Shown in pieces: positions 57,098 through 64,000 of a stretch of DNA of 64,000 bases (its first letter is position 1; each line of letters starts with the position of its first letter). The notes under the pieces are model-generated. The model made no database searches and was not told the origin of the DNA. It was given only the letters and a program-made list of their open reading frames with translations. The translations under genes and the position numbers were made by a program. This stretch comes from Chrysomallon squamiferum (Eukaryota > Animalia > Mollusca), in NCBI GenBank assembly GCA_012295275.1, contig CM022671.1, forward strand, positions 35,030,001 through 35,094,000, given 5' to 3'.

Positions 57098-57532
57098 GCT
57101 ATTAATAGCAATGCAAAAAAATAATGGCTGCGTGCGATTTTCACAAAAAGCGATGATGTTATCGATGTTTTATTAATTAAATATACCAGTATTTTTTATT
57201 ATTTATCCAATACAATATCACTAAATATGCATGACTGGCCATGCATTCAGCTCCGAATTCCTGTACGTATGGTAAAGCAGTGTGTATAAAATGTCAAAAC
57301 ATTACGTAAAATGTCACGTAACTGACGAACTTCTGACGAGTAATTCTGCGCTTTCTACATAATGTTTTGTAACTTTACCCACTTATCTGTAATAAATCTA
57401 CCGACTGATTGAATGCCCGGCAGACAATCTTAGATTATCTCCTGATATGACTTTTTAGTAACAAATTTATCTCCATTTTATAATCATAATAATAATCATC
57501 ATCATCATAAATATGAACAACAACTATCATCA

Positions 57533-57564
<32 letters not shown>

Positions 57565-58578
57565 TTCACTTTAGTACATAAATATATCAGGCACTCAGAT
57601 TTTATTTTATTATAGAAGTCGGTGTTCGTCTTCCTTGTTTATATAAGTTTGAAAGATTACTTTCTATAGGCCTATACTGAGGTATAAAGAAACTTTCGCT
57701 AGGGGTCGCTAACTGATGGGGAAAAACAGCGAGTTTCTTCTCTTTTACGTGTAAACAGAAAACATTTATATTCACAAAATCATTTTCGTATCTGCAGTCA
57801 GATACAGTAAATCAACAAAGTAACCAATAACCAGTCAGTCAATAACTCAATGAACCAATAAAAGAGCAGTCGATTGTAAAGATGAAACATAGTTTAGTAG
57901 ATAAGTTTTAATATATGAGTTTATTCATAGGCATGACGTAACATTAAACCAAACATTATAGTAAGGCGTGACCCTGGTGGCAAGCTACAAAATCAAAACA
58001 AACAACGACGTACTTTCTGAATTGCTGTGGGGATCATTGTTAAAAGTTCAGTGACATAGTAAGAATGACTGGAAGAATGTCTAACAACAACTTTTGTTGT
58101 TAACGATTACGTGTGTAACAGTCACGTGATTCGGCCCGATTACCGGTGATTCACACTAACACTACGAAAGTAGATACCACAGTTTTTGATAACAAATTAC
58201 CGAGTTGAAAAGTAGCCTAAACGGACACCGAAGGGAACTGATCCTGTGGCCGCAATTTTCTTAGACGAACATTGTAGATGCTAAACTAACTGCCCGACCA
58301 AATTAAAAATAACAACAACAACAACAACAAAAAAATCAAACAAATCTGAACAGTTAAAAAAGAATATGAATAAGAAGAAAGTCTACAGAAAAGGGAAAAT
58401 AAAATAAAATAAAATAAAATAAAATAAAATAAAATAAATAATAATTGAAAAGAAAAGTATTTTAATTATTATTTTATATTTATATATTTATTTTATCAAA
58501 TATAACATTTAAAATATCATGCAGGAATTCTGATTATTAATTCAATCTACTTCCAATATCTTATTTATTGACAATACA

Positions 58579-58621
<43 letters not shown>

Positions 58622-60818
58622 ATAATAATAATAATAATAATAATAAACAGCTGTTTCCAAATAAGAGATTTCTGCAGATTACAGATTTGGATACACTGCA
58701 CATGAATTATTTAAGATGCATATAGTGGCTATCCATGCAATAAAAAATAATTACGTACGAAGACTGACTGTACAGTACATACATACGTATAATGTTTCGA
58801 TGTTAAACCAATGTCAAATGCTAAAGTTGTTTAAAAAGGGGTTTAAAAGTACGTATCTTCGGCACTTTCTTAAACATCTCCATGATTTACAAGCTAGGTA
58901 TTAGAATCACGTCTCTCTGTACGGGAAGGTCGACGTACGTTCGTACAACTGAGAAATGTGATCAGACTTACACAAAATTTATACTGGGGAGTGGGGTGAA
59001 AAAACCCACTAGATTTATAGTGCACTGTATATCTCCAGGCCATACCTTTGTTTAAAAAGAGATATAATTAATTTCTTTATGTCGTAAAACACTTAAGCTG
59101 TAACTAATAGTTGATTTGTTTCTTTACGTTATTATTATTTTTAAATTCTGTGCTTCTGACATTTGAATATACGTGTGTATGTGAGCGCATGTTAATTGAC
59201 TTGATCTTTTCTCGGTATTGCTTCCCGTTTAAAATATTAGCTTACATTAACATCCACAGTATTTAAATCCTGTAAAAGTAATTTATATCTTTCCAGATGT
59301 TATCGATTTGAGATGAGAACTGTCATAGAAACATGCATTTTTTTGTGTGTGTGTGTCTCCTTTACAAAATACGGTATTGACTTTTTTATCAGATGAATGG
59401 ATGCCGCTAACCGACTCGACCTGTTTTAAGAACCATATGCTGTGACCCGTATTATTTATAAAGTGCTGACGTAAGCGGCTATGCAAGAATAATCTATCTG
59501 AAGCTAAATAATAAAATGCACGCAAACGGCATAGCTGAGCTGAAAATGCTGACTGGACAATTTTCGAGTCTAGTATCGTCTGCTGCTGCTAGACATCAAT
59601 CAAACATCGTTGCCTTGACTACCAACGGAGAATTACACGACAACGTATATTCGTAACAGCACGAAGAGAGAGAGAGCATTGCTTGCATTCTAGCTTCGTC
59701 AGAGTGATACGTTAAACTGAGCACGTGGACATACATGATATCAACACATCTGATAACCAGATTTTATAATTTTCCGATTAACTGCGATCGATTTCTACTA
59801 CTTATCTGGCTAAATATCGATTAACCTTTACGACTGGCTTGCGATTTTGTTAGGGACACATATGCACGCACAAATAACAGACACACAGATAAAAGATAAT
59901 AAATAAATAAATAATAAAAATTAATATAGAAATTCCCAAACTAAACCAGTATCAAGTTTATATTAGTCTACTGTTGGTTTTTTCGTTGGTATTTGGGTGT
60001 ATTTTTTTTGTTTTTTTTTTTTTTGAGAAACCCCTTGTCATCGCAACATAATTGTTTCCTTGCCTCATTTTTTACTCATTAAAATGATATAATGCTATTT
60101 ACAAACTTCTGCGAATGTTGTAATTTACCACAATTATACACGATAGTTTGTGCCATCTGCTTCATTTCTGTTTGTCACCGCCAATGGAATCTTCCGTGAA
60201 ACATTTGCATATTTACCACAACTTTAATCCTTGTAATTTATAAAACAAACTGTTTGCCTCACGATGTTGGAAGTCAGTGCTCTTTTTAGATACAACGTCA
60301 AAGATAATCAAATCTTAAGTAGAGGTTGGGGTTATGGTGTTGGATACTCAGTATTACGAATGTCATGAAAACATATTTTTCTACATGGATAATTAGCACA
60401 CCTAACGCCATATTCATTTTAAAGGACAGAAATAGATAATTGGCTACGTTGGCGTGGAAACAGAAGACAGCAGTTGGTTTCAACTGCAGGGAATTCTTCA
60501 GAAAACAGCTGAGTTCATGTACAGGACATATATATGTGTATATATCTATCTATATATATATATATATCACAGAGCGTGGTTCCCCACCCACAAGGGTTAA
60601 ATCAGTTCCACCGTTGTTAATTTATTTAGCTTTATTTAAAAAAAAAAAAATTACATTATCCACGGTTATACGTTTTTAAGATTTGTTTTTAAAAGGCGAA
60701 ATCGATATTCACACATAGACACAATCACACACACACACACACACAAACATACGAACCTTTAATTACAAAAACCTACACATTATTTTATATATTCATACTA
60801 CCCGAACGCATATGCGCT

Positions 60819-60870
<52 letters not shown>

Positions 60871-61338
60871 TACGTATTCACAAAACATGCCAACATACGA
60901 AACTTACATTTATAATCAAGTTCTCTTTAAATATTTCATTAATGCTGCTAGAAGATCATAAATGGTTTGCTTTCAGAATAGTTACACAATTTTTATTTTA
61001 TTGGTTTATTCAACGAAACATTAAAGTGAACATCTTCTATGTACTTTTGTGTTTTTGTCTGTAAGTATACACTCCAACACATATACATACATAAAAATAA
61101 ACACATATCCACTAACGTAAAGGCTGTTTGAAAAAATTGTAACAGTTATATTATATATATATATATATATACACACACATATATATACACATACTCATAT
61201 TTTTAATTTGTACTTGTTCTCCAACATATTAATACTAAACAAAAATAACAAGATTATTACAAAACATTTTGTTTCTTTATATGCATGAAAGTATGCATGT
61301 ATGAATGTATGTATGTATGCTTTAGCTTATATATGAAC

Positions 61339-61412
<74 letters not shown>

Positions 61413-61731
61413 CAAGTAAGAAATATATTAAGTTACCTAAACCTAATACATCTTATTTTCTTACCTTTTCTTCAACTGAATCATTGATTAAAAATCCAAT
61501 TACTCTCTTTCTGCCAGTAGTCTGTTTGTCCAGATTAATGTGCAGCCTGTCAGAGCGTCTACAGTCGAGAATTAGCAGTATATTCTCTCAACATCAGTAA
61601 AGCAGTAACGAAGATTTGCTGGTGCAGTGAGCTATGGAAATGTCAAAGTGAAAGTCTGGCCGACACACCAAGGTCAACGCTCTCTCAGAAGTAATAATAC
61701 CACTCGTCACGGTTGTTGACATGTCCATGTA

Positions 61732-61757
61732 TGACGTCAGAGGTCACTTGGTGGTCA
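61732..61757 (+). promoter_or_regulatory. CRE (TGACGTCA) abutting a DR5-like AGGTCA-cttgg-TGGTCA
   Basis: Read directly. An extended half-site CAAGGTCA lies at 61669-61676, and the element is just upstream of a candidate minus-strand first exon (donor at 61465). Confidence 0.55.
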
Positions 61758-61872
61758 ACGGCAATTCCAGGCAGCCAACCGGTAAAGGTTTTTCGGGACT
61801 ATCCTGAAAACAGCAGAGAGTGGGTGGTTTGGATTAAACTTTATACGAACTCATTAACTGAGGCGTTTTGTG

Positions 61873-61910
<38 letters not shown>

Positions 61911-62651
61911 ATTAGTCCTTATCCACAAATTATTAATTTTTTGTCTGAATATAATACTGTCTATAGATTAAGTGATGATAAAAGATGGTAGCTGCATAAA
62001 TTAGCTATACGTCGTAGGTTCAGTAAATTGTAATATTATTTATAAATGTTTTAGTTATATATCCAGTATCTCTGAATAGAGTCCGGGAGGTTTAGGAAAT
62101 ACAACCCAAGGCTGTTTTTCCAGGATGCTAACTTCAGTCATAATGAAATAAAGATCGACTCTTTAGATAAGATAAATTAAACATGTAGCAAAACTAACAA
62201 AATATTTTCAAAGGAGCGAAACTGACTCTTTGTTAACCAAAATGCTATTTGTTTTTCTTTTTCTTTTTTTCTTTTTAATTATTCTGGACCTTTCACATTT
62301 CGACTTTCCAGTAGATCTTCAGCCAATATATACATGATAGTTATCTATAATTGTACAAAAGTCTTCAAATTATATTAGCTATCGTGACGTTATTTTTATT
62401 TATTTATTTACTGAACAGTTATAAACTGTTCGTGTGTGTGTGTGGGTGTGTGTGTGTGGGGGTGTGTGTGTGTATGTGTGCAGCAATTATTAATTTTCTA
62501 GACATAACTATATGTGAAAACTGATTGTTATATGTAGCAAATTAAGGACTGCTGCATTTAACCCACTCCAAACACATTTAATTAAACTTTATACCGCTCA
62601 GTGAACGGAGGGTCAAGTCATCTAAAACTGATCATTTAGACTACGAAGTGA

Positions 62652-62689
<38 letters not shown>

Positions 62690-63628
62690 CTTATCCGTGT
62701 GTGTGTGTTTGTGTATTCTTCTTCTCTTTTCTTAATTATTATTATTATTAAAGAAGAATCGGTTGTAAATATTCGTGTATTGCATCATGATAATTTAAAT
62801 AACGTAATAGGTGCCACGTGATCCGGCCGAAATGAACTCTGATTACGTATCACTCAGTCGAGTCTTTGGATCTGCAGATCGTAAGAGACCAATAACATAT
62901 ACACAGCCGTAACTAGACTCTTTTTGAAATGAGGCAAAAAACACTTAATCGCAACGATTTCGATAGACGACTTCAAACATTAACCATATACATAAACGAT
63001 TTCATTCAGTGGATGTCGTTTCTATCGGAATAGAGATTTATATATTATATATTTTTTAAATAAAATTTTTGTGTTAAAAAAAAAATATAATAATAATAAT
63101 AAATAAAATTGTTAATTTCGGTATGAGGCATTTGTCCCATTTGTCTCAATGTAGTTACGGCCATGATATATGATAGCCAACGTTTAATGTAAAACGTTTA
63201 TTGTTTTTTTTCTAATTTGAAAGTGGTCGCTGGGTTGGCACCATTCTATTTACCAACTGATTTTGTATCCTTTTAGTATAAATCCTTTGTTTTTTTTAAT
63301 GAATGTACTGGATTTAAACCCTGATCACAAACTGCACATCTCAATTAATCTATGCAATAAAATCGACTTTAAAAAGAAATATATTTTCATTTCTTAATTA
63401 AAAGAACCTTTAACAAAACACGCATGCGTACTTGAACAGAGATTGTAAGTTACGCCATTAAAGTATATTATATATTTAAAAAAATTTAATGGACGTAATT
63501 ATATCACCAAGCTGTAGATGGAGCAAAAATCGATAAATGATGTCTATTTTGATCAGCCGTTGGTCAGTTGCTACATGTAATGGTCAATATTTCTACACGT
63601 TAATTTTACTTACAGCTTCCACAATTCA

Positions 63629-63702
<74 letters not shown>

Positions 63703-63904
63703 ACACACAGAGACATTTGTGATAATAACATTAATCATAAAAGAACTGGTACATTTAGCAGATTTCAACTTGATTTGTAACTTAGAATTGTTTTCTGTTT
63801 TATTACTGTGTGGTAGAAAAAAAAAAAAAGAAAAAAAAAAGAATTGCATTAATGATTTAACAATAATACATCCTAATCGCTAACATTTTATTATTTTAAT
63901 AATT

Positions 63905-63945
<41 letters not shown>

Positions 63946-64000
63946 CTGGTAAACTGGAAATAAATTGTATTTATCCCAATACTGAATGGAACGTTTCGAT

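Overview
AT-rich, intron-rich animal genomic DNA with many microsatellites; it is not prokaryotic, and a lophotrochozoan/mollusc-like origin is inferred but not proven. Hand-spliced gene models with GT-AG junctions and consistent phases give: CCT6/TCP1-zeta (+, 14 exons, 532 aa); a class I phosphatidylinositol transfer protein (+, 10 exons, 282 aa) with candidate alternative first and last exons; and ARMC5 (-, 6 exons, 1161 aa, ARM+BTB). A ~4 kb decayed Mutator-like (FLYWCH-MULE) transposon with TIRs and an 8-bp TSD sits inside a 27-bp minisatellite and carries a nested pogo/Tigger-like MITE. The most interesting element is an uncharacterised 516-aa single-coding-exon gene (-, 43445-44995). 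It combines a CtBP-binding PLDLS motif, an LxxLL motif and two CoRNR-like boxes, has several candidate non-coding first exons, and is surrounded by nuclear-receptor response elements (three DR5, DR2, ER3, ER8). This architecture resembles the vertebrate RIP140/NRIP1 negative-feedback corepressor locus. All calls come from reading the sequence; no searches were run.
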